Below, piece after piece: positions 15,844-24,967 of a stretch of 64,000 bases of DNA. The translations under genes were made by a program, and so were the position numbers. Numbering within the stretch: position 1 is the stretch's first letter; every line of letters begins with the position of its first letter. The stretch spans positions 28,010-92,009 of the forward strand of contig JAQBRI010000009.1 in assembly GCA_028286585.1 (NCBI GenBank), in the 5' to 3' direction. Under the pieces are notes generated by a model that saw nothing but the letters and a program-made list of their open reading frames with translations, ran no database searches and was not told the origin of the DNA. The DNA comes from Candidatus Kaiserbacteria bacterium. GTDB lineage: Bacteria; Patescibacteriota; Minisyncoccia; Phycocordibacterales; UBA2100.

Positions 15844-17802
15844 TTATTTTTTTAAGTGCAGCATGCATTCCAAATATGCTTGTACTGTAAGTACATATGC
15901 CGCATGTGTCCACGCGAGCGGCGTTGCTCCTACCTGTTCGCCAGTGTAGGGATTTAACTGTTCAGACAGCACTCCCGAAGGCTGCGCGTGCAATACAACC
16001 CAATCAAAAATATCAGTAGCCTTTTTCATGTCTGCAATATTTTCTGCACTACGAATGATATATTCTGCATACCACAAAGTGGTGAGTACCCATGGATTTC
16101 CTGGAGCTGTGCTATCGATACGAAAATATTCATCATTCTCAAATCGTGCAACGCCTCCTGCAAGAATATTTTTTGTAAGTATTTTGATAGAAGTATTCCA
16201 CGCTCGAATCATGCGATCATCATGTACATCAAGTACTTCAAATTTCATAAGTCCATACACGCTCGAAATATCAACGGTACGATCGTATTCCATTTTTTCA
16301 CCAGTGTGAGTAATCATATTTATGAACACACCCTTTTCCTCATCCCACAAGTGTTCAAGAATCGCCGCTCGTATTTCATGTGCGACCGTCAGATACTGTA
16401 CTTCCAAATCCGATTTACCCAATATTTTTGCCATTTCGCTTGCGGCAACGAGAGCGCCATACACACTTGCGCTCGTGTATGTACTAGTTCCTCGTTTGCG
16501 CTCCCATAAATCATATGAAGGAAATGGCAGGTGTGTTCTCCCATCACGATAATGGATCATAAATTCAGCGGGCTTTTTTACCAGCACATCAAACATTGCT
16601 TCCAAAAACTCCAAATCACGACTCTGTTGAAAGTGATTGTAGAGCGCGACGACAACAATCGCCGTTTCGTCCTCTTGTATCGGAAGCTGCGGATGTCCGT
16701 CTTTGATCCATGGGTGCCACGAAGAGCCAAACGATCCGTCTGCCCAAAACTTATGCAAAAAATATCCATCTGCCGATATTACGCGTGCACAAAATTTAAA
16801 GAATCGTTTTGCTGCACTGGTGTCACCTACAATATCCAGCATGGTTGCCGCATATGCTGCGTCACGCGGCCATACATATGCATATGTATCGTATCCCCAC
16901 TGCAGCATGTCGGAATCAAGCGAGGCGATGATTCCGCCCTGACCATCGAGATGGGCGCGAACATACATTAATGATTTGGTATAGAGTTGAGATTGTACAG
17001 AAGACAATTTTGAAAGATCGGTCGTGTATGTCTTGATCCATGCGCGCCAATATTCGCGCGTACTTAACACAATGTGTGAAGCAGTTTTTTGTCGCACACT
17101 ATGATCAAGCGCACGTGCCTCATGAATTGAGTGTGCTGCAAGAAGCCAGTAATGACATACTCGTGATTGCCCTACAGCATATTGACCATAAAATCCTATT
17201 ACAGAGTCCGCGGGTCCATGTTCAATAGCGTTTTGTGACAGCATGCCATCATCACAATCTCGGTGTGTACCTTCTTGATTGTTATATCCTGCGCGCCCTG
17301 TCGCATAATCCTGAAATTGTTCGCCGTCCAAATTACCTGACATTAAAAAAGCTCGTTTGTCTTTGTAGTGCACGATTGAATGCGATTCAGGATCAAAAAA
17401 GGCAGTATCTCCGCCATGAGCTTTGTATATTTCAAACTGCTGCCCAAAATACAATTTGATTTCGCGGATACGGTCTGCACCGTTCGTGACTCGTACGCGC
17501 CGTACAAACACCGGTTGTTCATTATAAATAATATCGGTAAATAATAGTTCTATTTGTAGGTTATTATTTCGGGCAATGATACTTGAAGCAAGTGCATTAT
17601 TTTCGCAGGTGACGACGACGCTCCAATCAGGGTCTGATATCCAACTCATCACTCCTTCAACCCATACACCAACGCGATGCAAATAATGTCCGCGTACATG
17701 ATCCTCTTGTCCCACATGCGGATAATAAATATCCCGCACCTGGCCGACACTATCAAGTGCGACGGCAAGTTCGCCATTGGAAAGTATCATAGAGCGAGAC
17801 AT
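15844..17802 (-). CDS. glycoside hydrolase family 15 (glucoamylase/glucodextranase-like)
   Basis: 652 aa. N-terminal 'MILSNGELAVALDSVGQVRDIYYPHVGQEDH' and a C-terminal (alpha/alpha)6-type region ('YAYVWPRDAAY', 'WHPWIKDG', 'LWERKRG', 'PLAWTHAAY') are typical of GH15. Confidence 0.85.
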   Translation of the reverse strand: MSRSMILSNGELAVALDSVGQVRDIYYPHVGQEDHVRGHYLHRVGVWVEGVMSWISDPDWSVVVTCENNALASSIIARNNNLQIELLFTDIIYNEQPVFVRRVRVTNGADRIREIKLYFGQQFEIYKAHGGDTAFFDPESHSIVHYKDKRAFLMSGNLDGEQFQDYATGRAGYNNQEGTHRDCDDGMLSQNAIEHGPADSVIGFYGQYAVGQSRVCHYWLLAAHSIHEARALDHSVRQKTASHIVLSTREYWRAWIKTYTTDLSKLSSVQSQLYTKSLMYVRAHLDGQGGIIASLDSDMLQWGYDTYAYVWPRDAAYAATMLDIVGDTSAAKRFFKFCARVISADGYFLHKFWADGSFGSSWHPWIKDGHPQLPIQEDETAIVVVALYNHFQQSRDLEFLEAMFDVLVKKPAEFMIHYRDGRTHLPFPSYDLWERKRGTSTYTSASVYGALVAASEMAKILGKSDLEVQYLTVAHEIRAAILEHLWDEEKGVFINMITHTGEKMEYDRTVDISSVYGLMKFEVLDVHDDRMIRAWNTSIKILTKNILAGGVARFENDEYFRIDSTAPGNPWVLTTLWYAEYIIRSAENIADMKKATDIFDWVVLHAQPSGVLSEQLNPYTGEQVGATPLAWTHAAYVLTVQAYLECMLHLKK

Positions 17803-17846
17803 AATATGATTATTGTAACATCATAAAATTACGATATAGTGTTCGT

Positions 17847-18335
17847 ATGAATACGCCTCCTTCGCATTACACAGATGATCATCGCATTACGAGCGAAGAC
17901 TTGTTTAACGCTAGCTCATACGAGGAATTAGCACAAATTGCACTGGGCGAACTCAAGTCTCTTGGAAATGCAGTCTCAATTGTCTGCGGACCAATAACGA
18001 CAGGCGGCCGCGGATCGATCAAGGACAACGTTGCGGTATTTGGAGCAACCATCAAAAAATTATCCGAAACGAATATATTGTTTAACCAGGTGCCCTACGA
18101 GGGCTCAATCGCACGCCTACGGCAAATATGGCACAACGAAGGCAACACCGGATACTGTATGCCAATACTTGATGTGTTTTATGCCCAACTCTTTGAGAGC
18201 GGCAATATTACCAAAGCATATTTTATTCCAGGCTGGGAATCATCATTTGGTGCACGTTGGGAACATAACGAAATGAAATTACATGGAGTAGAAATCGTGT
18301 ACCTTACCGACGAATGGATCGATAGTATTATATAA
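17847..18335 (+). CDS. hypothetical protein, DUF4406 / nucleoside 2-deoxyribosyltransferase-fold-like
   Basis: 162 aa. 'VCGPITTGG' and 'IPGWESSFGARWEHNEMKLHGVEI' resemble the P-G-W-E-x-S-x-G-A motif I associate with DUF4406. The assignment is weak. Confidence 0.4.
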   Translation: MNTPPSHYTDDHRITSEDLFNASSYEELAQIALGELKSLGNAVSIVCGPITTGGRGSIKDNVAVFGATIKKLSETNILFNQVPYEGSIARLRQIWHNEGNTGYCMPILDVFYAQLFESGNITKAYFIPGWESSFGARWEHNEMKLHGVEIVYLTDEWIDSII

Positions 18336-18342
18336 AAACTAT

Positions 18343-19536
18343 TTATTTTGCCCGCTCAACACGAAGCCTGAGATCCGAGAGTGCATTCATGTACGCAATG
18401 TATGCGTCATATGGTGATTCATAGGGAGAAAAATATGCGTGCACATCGCCGTCATTCGCATATTTGGTACACATATAGTAAAAGTGATCCGACGTCTGCA
18501 TTCGGCGCCAATCTTCGAGGATGCGACCGTCGTTTGCCAAGAGTACACCATCTTCAAGTGCATACACCGCATCAATTGCCGCACGCTGTAGCGGATTTCC
18601 TGTCCACGCAGACAAATCGCGGTCGGTGTCTGCCCACGTCACGATGTCTGGCATATCGATTTCATCTTTTGTATCAAAACTGCGCGAAACTTCGGATGGA
18701 GTCATAAATGTAATTCCTGGATTTTTGGCAACCTCTTGCGGCAGTGCCTCCAAAAAGTGAAAGATGCCAGTGTCCTCCCACTGGTGCTCACCAAACGTCT
18801 CATAGTCCATAAACAAATTTACAGTGTCTCCCGGCGCTTCACCAAGCCAAGCACCAAATTTTTCACTCGTGAGCGGCCATTCAGCCCAGTCTTGTGATGA
18901 AAAACGAAATGCGACATCATCAGAAAGTTTATAATTTTTAAGCAGTAGCTTTATCCGATTTGCTCCGACCGGTTTATATACATAATTTGGACTGCGCCAT
19001 CCCAAAACTGGATCCCATCCTTCTGCAAGAATAGTTTCATACCCGTTCTTGTCGGCCCAATGTGCCAAATCATTGCGATATGACAGTTCAGTGTTACGAA
19101 ATGTTCGTGGCCATACGCCAAAAAGTCGGCGTACAAGCTCGCGGTGCTTTGCTACCTGACGCTCAAACTCGGGCTGTGAATAAAAGAAGGAGAGCGAATG
19201 GTAATATGTCTCGCCAAGTACTTCGACTTGTCCTGTATCAATGACGCGCTTAAACAAATCAAGCGCTTCAGGGACATATTGCTCCAGCTGCTCGAGCGCA
19301 ATGCCAGAAAAAGAAAATGACACGTGCATTTCCGGATGCCGCTGCAAGAGCTTGAGCAATAACGACGTCGCAGGAATGTATGATTTGCGGGCAACTTTTT
19401 CGACAATACGTCGATTGTTCAAATCGGTCTCACTTCGATCATTAAAATACTCAGTATCGTGCCCAATATCAAATACTCGGTACTTTTTTACACGATAGGG
19501 TTGGTGAACTTGAAAATAAAAACAAAGTGCCTTCAT
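18343..19536 (-). CDS. glycoside hydrolase family 57 (alpha-amylase / alpha-glucan-active)
   Basis: 397 aa with N-terminal 'FYFQVHQPYRVKKY' and 'METFGEHQWE'-type motifs characteristic of GH57. Confidence 0.85.
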   Translation of the reverse strand: MKALCFYFQVHQPYRVKKYRVFDIGHDTEYFNDRSETDLNNRRIVEKVARKSYIPATSLLLKLLQRHPEMHVSFSFSGIALEQLEQYVPEALDLFKRVIDTGQVEVLGETYYHSLSFFYSQPEFERQVAKHRELVRRLFGVWPRTFRNTELSYRNDLAHWADKNGYETILAEGWDPVLGWRSPNYVYKPVGANRIKLLLKNYKLSDDVAFRFSSQDWAEWPLTSEKFGAWLGEAPGDTVNLFMDYETFGEHQWEDTGIFHFLEALPQEVAKNPGITFMTPSEVSRSFDTKDEIDMPDIVTWADTDRDLSAWTGNPLQRAAIDAVYALEDGVLLANDGRILEDWRRMQTSDHFYYMCTKYANDGDVHAYFSPYESPYDAYIAYMNALSDLRLRVERAK

Positions 19537-19542
19537 GTCCGC

Positions 19543-20802
19543 TTATTGTACACCACTCTCACTTACTTCACGTATGATTCTATCCACATTTTGTGCCGCA
19601 CGATCCCATGTAATGCTTAATGCTTCGTTTTGTGCATAATCACTCAGCGTAGCGTGGAGCATCGGGTGCTCAATTACTGCCAAAATCTTGTTTGCCATCT
19701 CATCCGTGTCCCAAAAGTCTACTTTAAGTGCATGAAAGACGACTTCCGAGACGCCAGACTGCTTGGAAATAAGAACAGGGGTCCCCAATCGCATTGCCTC
19801 AAGCGGAGTGATTCCAAATGGCTCGGAAACAGATGGCATAACAAATAAATCGGCGACAGCGTATGCCATAGTCCGATCATCCCCTTGCAAAAAACCTGTA
19901 AACAGAACATTTTGCCCAATACCGAGCGCCGCAGACATTTCCATAACAGACCGATCCATATCACCCGAGCCAGAAATAACAAAAATAACCTTTTTGTTTT
20001 GCTGCAGTACTCGGGCAGCAGCCTTAAGAAAGTAGTCTGGGCCTTTTTGAAGCGTAATGCGTCCCAAAAACAGCACGATCGAATAGCCCGACGCCTTGAG
20101 TGCGCGCAAGCTTGCAATACCAGGTAGTGCCTTTGGCATTGTTGTTTCGTCGATTCCGTTATGTACAACCACTATTTTGTTTGGATCGATTCCGTAGTAT
20201 TTGACGATAATATCTTTGGTCAGTTGTGATACCGCTATTACCCTATCTGCTGTTTGCATACCGAGTTTCTCAAGTTCAAATACAACCGGGTTAACACCAT
20301 CAATACCACCACACCTGTCTACTTCTGTTGCATGCACGTGCGCAATGAGTGGACGCCCGGTAATACGTTTTGCCTCGATTCCTGCACCAAACGAAAGCCA
20401 ATCATGTGCATATATGACATCACATTCCTCAGATTTTGCGATTTCTCCCGCCTGCAATGAATAGCGCAATACTTGTCCCAACAAATCCTCACCATAGATA
20501 TTTGCATCAACGACAGTGCCGTTACTCAATGTTACCTTCCCCGATCGCGAGGTGTACGGAGTAATGGTCGAAGATATACCGATAGTCCTGATACTTTTGC
20601 CGCTTATTTCTTCTACTGAGTATTCGACACTGTCGGCAAAAAGTATTTTTGCAAAAGCAGATTCAACAGGCAGTTTTTTTGGCATGACAAACGTAACATC
20701 CATTCCTCGCGATGTAAGAGCCCGAGTCAGTCCCAAGCATGCGACGCCTAATCCTCCGCTATTAAACGGAGGAAATTCCCAGCCAAACATTAGTATGCGC
20801 AT
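19543..20802 (-). CDS. glycogen-synthase-like glycosyltransferase (GT-B, GT4/GT5)
   Basis: The ORF extends to 20841; the likely start is ATG 20802 ('MRILMFGWEFPPFNSGGLGVACLGLTRAL'). The C-terminal 'PSVSEPFGITPLEAM' is the GT-B E-x7-E region. Confidence 0.8.
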   Translation of the reverse strand: MRILMFGWEFPPFNSGGLGVACLGLTRALTSRGMDVTFVMPKKLPVESAFAKILFADSVEYSVEEISGKSIRTIGISSTITPYTSRSGKVTLSNGTVVDANIYGEDLLGQVLRYSLQAGEIAKSEECDVIYAHDWLSFGAGIEAKRITGRPLIAHVHATEVDRCGGIDGVNPVVFELEKLGMQTADRVIAVSQLTKDIIVKYYGIDPNKIVVVHNGIDETTMPKALPGIASLRALKASGYSIVLFLGRITLQKGPDYFLKAAARVLQQNKKVIFVISGSGDMDRSVMEMSAALGIGQNVLFTGFLQGDDRTMAYAVADLFVMPSVSEPFGITPLEAMRLGTPVLISKQSGVSEVVFHALKVDFWDTDEMANKILAVIEHPMLHATLSDYAQNEALSITWDRAAQNVDRIIREVSESGVQ

Positions 20803-20888
20803 AGTAGTAGTGATAGGTAATCCCCAACCCGATTTTACCATGTATCTGCATCGCGCTGTCTATCCTATCCACTCTTTTCAGACTATTA

Positions 20889-21389
20889 TTATCGAGTGAC
20901 GCAAATCGGCGTCGGACTAGCCGAAACAGCAGTCTCACTCGCCGCTCCAGGCGCACAAACAGTAACTCGACCATTTGTGTCTACAGAAACCGTATAGCCC
21001 GTGCTTGGTGTAGTAGGCGCCGACGGATCGACTGGCAGCGTTGGAATGTATGTTGGTACCAAACAGTTGGTAGCAAGATCGGTATGTCCTGAAACTGTTG
21101 TTCCACCCGCATCTATGACAGATGCTGTGGCTCCAAGCGCTGGACATCCTCCAGTTGAAGCAAAAATACCTTTATTATCTGCTATTCGCTGCCCAATCGC
21201 GTTCAAAATTGCATTTACACTACTGGTTCTGTCTGTATTACGAGCCTGTGCAAATTGTCGCGCCGGATTAATCGCAATAATTACTATTGTTGCCAATATC
21301 GCAATGATGCCAATAACAACTAAAATTTCTATTAAAGTAAAACCACTCTGCGCTTGCGCGCTTTTAAACCGTTTTGTAACGGACCCCAT
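20889..21389 (-). CDS. type IV pilin (major pilin candidate), prepilin-type N-terminus
   Basis: 166 aa. 'KSAQAQSG|FTLIEILVVIGIIAILATIVIIAINP' is a class III signal with Phe+1/Glu+5. It has its own upstream terminator/promoter gap. Confidence 0.9.
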   Translation of the reverse strand: MGSVTKRFKSAQAQSGFTLIEILVVIGIIAILATIVIIAINPARQFAQARNTDRTSSVNAILNAIGQRIADNKGIFASTGGCPALGATASVIDAGGTTVSGHTDLATNCLVPTYIPTLPVDPSAPTTPSTGYTVSVDTNGRVTVCAPGAASETAVSASPTPICVTR

Positions 21390-21480
21390 ATTTTTATATC
21401 GTTACTAATAATATCTATAGTGTAGCAGTCGCTTCAAAATATTTGTGAGGTGACTTACACATGTGTTAATAACTTATAAA

Positions 21481-21516
21481 CAAAAGCCCACTAGAGCGAG
21501 CTTTCGCCATAGTGGG
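21481..21516 (-). terminator. rho-independent terminator (minus strand) between pilus accessory genes and the major pilin gene
   Basis: cccacta / tagtggg stem. On the minus strand the hairpin is followed by cttttgttt. Confidence 0.55.
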
Positions 21517-21526
21517 TAAATCAAAT

Positions 21527-22015
21527 CTATAAAATGTGAGTCCATAATTCCTCGGATTCGTCGTTACTTACAACACGCTTGAGCAGCGTCGGTTTTTTAC
21601 CGTCGAGACATGCACGAAACACATCATCTCCCGATTTGAACCGTATCTCGGCCGGATCCAAATTAACCTTCTCGACATAGTGCAAACTGAGGCAAATTTT
21701 CCTTCCATCATCGACCGCAAGCACAACGCCCGTACCGTTGGCCTCGACTGAAACTTTAAATCGAGTGGCGACGTACGAAAGCAGCGCAAAACCCATCGAG
21801 TAATCATTCGTTTTTCGCAAACCCAGAATCGTCATTCCCATGTTTGCAATCGTGCGCGATGGAAAGTCGGTCAGCGGACAAAAAGGAGCGACTTCATCCT
21901 TTTCGATAACAGCCTGATCAACTATTCTGCATACGTACACGCCGCCACTATAGTACGTATAATTGGTGCAATCCTTGCATGCAGATACAAGTCCGACAAT
22001 CTTTGGCGTCGACAT
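21527..22015 (-). CDS. hypothetical Cys-containing protein inside the pilus locus
   Basis: 162 aa with no pilin leader. The N-terminal 'CKDC...VCRIV...PFCP' is a possible Zn-ribbon-like cluster. Confidence 0.5.
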   Translation of the reverse strand: MSTPKIVGLVSACKDCTNYTYYSGGVYVCRIVDQAVIEKDEVAPFCPLTDFPSRTIANMGMTILGLRKTNDYSMGFALLSYVATRFKVSVEANGTGVVLAVDDGRKICLSLHYVEKVNLDPAEIRFKSGDDVFRACLDGKKPTLLKRVVSNDESEELWTHIL

Positions 22016-22126
22016 AATGGTATCTCTCTGTTGGCCCTACCAGACACGAATGTGGGCTAGTAACACATGTCCTACCGAGACAGTACACAACCAGTACCAA
22101 ATAGTCAACGATTATATGTCTTTGGT

Positions 22127-22525
22127 TTAAAATGCCGCAGTGTTCAGAATTTGCATATGCAGGGTAAGCGTCACGTAAGATTTTCTATGACTAATTGCAT
22201 TTCCCTCTTTTGCCATAGTGATAATAATAATCTTGTTACCCTCGTGAACAATTGAAACGATGGTACAGGCGTGATTACTGTTTAGAATTACATTTTGATT
22301 ATGTACTGTATATGTTGATGGGTCTGCTGCTGTTGCGATGATTCTTAGTGCAATATCTATGCATCCTTGTGATTCCATTTGTGCATCACGATACTGTTCA
22401 CTTGTCAGTACATCGGCCCTGGCAAACCAGCCTGAAAATCCCACGGTAACCATAAGCGTAAGCAATATCGCACTGATAATTAGAACTGATATGAGTGCAA
22501 TAAAACCTCTATTTTCTTTTTTCAT
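22127..22525 (-). CDS. pilus-associated membrane-anchored protein (PilX-like / pseudopilin-like N-terminus)
   Basis: 132 aa. 'MKKENRGFIALISVLIISAILLTLMV' is a pilin-like hydrophobic N-terminus lacking Glu+5. Confidence 0.55.
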   Translation of the reverse strand: MKKENRGFIALISVLIISAILLTLMVTVGFSGWFARADVLTSEQYRDAQMESQGCIDIALRIIATAADPSTYTVHNQNVILNSNHACTIVSIVHEGNKIIIITMAKEGNAISHRKSYVTLTLHMQILNTAAF

Positions 22526-22526
22526 A

Positions 22527-23009
22527 TTATTGATTCAATATGGAATGAAGATAAAATAATCGAGATACCATATGTCCATCACTAGTGGTCGCACTGGCGA
22601 CAAACTCTCCATCGAGGACGTCGAACGATTCATCTGAATTTGAAATTTTTGCATGCGTAAATGTAAGATCTTGCACAGAGATAGTGTCTGCATTAAGAAT
22701 GTGTGGATCATTACCGCCATCGATGATCAGATTTCCACCGGTACTATATATATTTGTTTCCGTTCCGGCGTCATCAACAACATTCAATGAAGCGCCCTGT
22801 GTCTGGGGAGCCGAAATAATTGATGATGATTGTACGATATAGGTTATTTTTGAAACAATAAAATCGCCTTCTTCCACTAAAAGAGCGATACTCTGATTGC
22901 GTACTTGTGATTCAAATAGTGAATAGAGCGCAACAATTACACCTCCCATAAGTATCGAATAAAGTGCTAAATACATAACAACTTCTATCAAGGTAAATCC
23001 CCGCCTCAT
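22527..23009 (-). CDS. minor pilin (prepilin-type N-terminal cleavage/methylation domain)
   Basis: 160 aa with 'MRRG|FTLIEVVMYLALYSILMGG'. Confidence 0.8.
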   Translation of the reverse strand: MRRGFTLIEVVMYLALYSILMGGVIVALYSLFESQVRNQSIALLVEEGDFIVSKITYIVQSSSIISAPQTQGASLNVVDDAGTETNIYSTGGNLIIDGGNDPHILNADTISVQDLTFTHAKISNSDESFDVLDGEFVASATTSDGHMVSRLFYLHSILNQ

Positions 23010-24526
23010 AATCCGGCATGTATATCGCTGATAAATCCCCCACTTGCACTCGATCCGACATAGAGCGTGTTTTGTTCACAATCAATAGCGCGACCGTTTC
23101 CAGGTAAAGCGATGGTAGCAACACGATGTGGAGCGATTTGTAGTAAATCACTATCCACTTGTAACGATTGTCCCGTAGTGGTAAGTAAAAAAGCGTATTG
23201 TGGACGAACGATCATACCGATAATACTGCTGCTTGCTGTGGCAGTTGATATAACCATTGGCGTGCTGCGATCAATGGTGTTAAGAGTGTACAAATCCGGT
23301 GCTCCTGCAGCAAAAGTGAGTCCAAGGTATGTGGTAGTTCCAATTACGTTCACGCTGCTGCCGTTTCCCCAACCCTTGTTGTCATACACATTGTACTGAC
23401 TCACAAGCGTAGGATTAGTTGGATCATTAACATCAAGAATCAACAATTCGTGCGTCGAACTGTCTGTTGCTATATAGGCATAGCCGCGGCGTACATCAAT
23501 GTCACTTACTCCGGCACCGACAACATATCCACCCACCCATCTTGGATGCAGCGGATCGTGCACGTCTATAATATTAAACTCGGGACCGCCTGCAGATTTT
23601 GTAAGACCGAGATACACATAGCCACCAATCAAAATAATAGTTTTTCCAACTGCCTGGCCGCCGCTACCGTTGAGAAATGGAGTGCTACTGGTAGGTATTG
23701 TGAAATTGGCTACCACTGTAGGATTTACGGGATTTGTAATTGCTAGTACCTGCAACTGGGCGCAGCTGGCTGACGTATGACATGTTTTAAAGTTTGCCGC
23801 GTGACCATTCGCTGCAAACACATACGAACCATTTGAGGCGATATTTTCGAGTCCATCAATACTGGAAGAATTTGTGTCAATTCCGCCTTTGTAAATCCAA
23901 TTATTTGGATCTTGCACGTCAACGACAAAGAATGAATCGTTAAGCTTGTTGCTAGTCGTTCCTACCGCGATAGACATGATGCCTCGATAGACATCCACAC
24001 TGGTTACTGGATTCGATGTTGAATACGTATGTCCCGCCGGTTGCGTTGGGGGCAGCAGGTCACCAATACTTATTTTATGATTATTAATGCTTGCATGTGC
24101 CCAGTTTCCGCCAAGCGCTCCACAAGTATCATATGACAGAGCATTCATGTAGTCGGTAAGGGCAGATACCATGGTAACTGTCTGCAAAGCCCCACCACGA
24201 TCACTCCACGACACCTTTGTGGTCGCCAAGCGCACTGCGTATGGATCATACGATGAATCTCCAATTGTAAGAGTAGAGGTAAATACTCCATCGGAGGATG
24301 TTGCGAGATTAGCAAGAGATCTTTCATCTGCATGCGCAGCAACTTGTGCATTTTCAAGCATTGTTTCAGCGTGCACAATAGCTTGGTTGTGCATAGTACC
24401 TGATAACAGTATCGATTGTCCTTCGTACGATATCAAAGCCATTGAACCTACCGTGCATGAAATTATTGCAAGCGCTATGACTATCTCGATTGTGGAAAAT
24501 GCCCTCGAATAGACTAGCGACTCCAT
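23006..24526 (-). CDS. pilin-like N-terminus fused to LVIVD-repeat beta-propeller (candidate pilus tip adhesin)
   Basis: 506 aa with 'RA|FSTIEIVIALAIISCTVG'. It then has repeated L-x-[VI]-x-D-V-x-D-P-x-x-P motifs ('FFVVDVQDPNNW', 'LQVLAITNPVNPTVV', 'FNIIDVHDPLHPRWV', 'LLILDVNDPTNPTLV'), as in LVIVD repeats. It has 4-nt (ATGA) and 13-nt overlaps with its neighbours. Confidence 0.7.
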   Translation of the reverse strand: MESLVYSRAFSTIEIVIALAIISCTVGSMALISYEGQSILLSGTMHNQAIVHAETMLENAQVAAHADERSLANLATSSDGVFTSTLTIGDSSYDPYAVRLATTKVSWSDRGGALQTVTMVSALTDYMNALSYDTCGALGGNWAHASINNHKISIGDLLPPTQPAGHTYSTSNPVTSVDVYRGIMSIAVGTTSNKLNDSFFVVDVQDPNNWIYKGGIDTNSSSIDGLENIASNGSYVFAANGHAANFKTCHTSASCAQLQVLAITNPVNPTVVANFTIPTSSTPFLNGSGGQAVGKTIILIGGYVYLGLTKSAGGPEFNIIDVHDPLHPRWVGGYVVGAGVSDIDVRRGYAYIATDSSTHELLILDVNDPTNPTLVSQYNVYDNKGWGNGSSVNVIGTTTYLGLTFAAGAPDLYTLNTIDRSTPMVISTATASSSIIGMIVRPQYAFLLTTTGQSLQVDSDLLQIAPHRVATIALPGNGRAIDCEQNTLYVGSSASGGFISDIHAGL

Positions 24527-24966
24527 AGTATTCGTCCAATGCTGCTAATTGTAATAGTAGCTGTCTTTCCAAATGAATCAGTAAGTAAAAAATTGCCCGA
24601 TGTTGCGACTGATCCGGAAAGAGAGGCGAATACCACTTCTGACAAACCTGTATATGTGGTGTGTTCACTCTTTTCAAAAGAAACCGAATATGATCCATCA
24701 CTATCTGCATATGAATTACCTTGAAAAACTACAATTTGATTTTGTGTGACGGCTACGCCATGAGCAGGAGAAATGTCGCAAGCACCGCTACAGACTCCCT
24801 GCATTGAAAGAGCACGCGCATGTTCGAAAAGAGTCACAAGCCTTTCCCTATCAGAGCGCAATTCTACACTTCGATATTCTCCAATGGAGGCTGCTATTGT
24901 TAGCCCGCCAATGATGAGTAACAAGGCTATTACAATAATAATTTCAATGATAGAAAAACCCCGCAT
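24514..24966 (-). CDS. minor pilin (prepilin-type N-terminus)
   Basis: 150 aa with 'MRG|FSIIEIIIVIALLLIIGGLTIA'. Confidence 0.8.
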   Translation of the reverse strand: MRGFSIIEIIIVIALLLIIGGLTIAASIGEYRSVELRSDRERLVTLFEHARALSMQGVCSGACDISPAHGVAVTQNQIVVFQGNSYADSDGSYSVSFEKSEHTTYTGLSEVVFASLSGSVATSGNFLLTDSFGKTATITISSIGRILWSR

Positions 24967-24967
24967 A

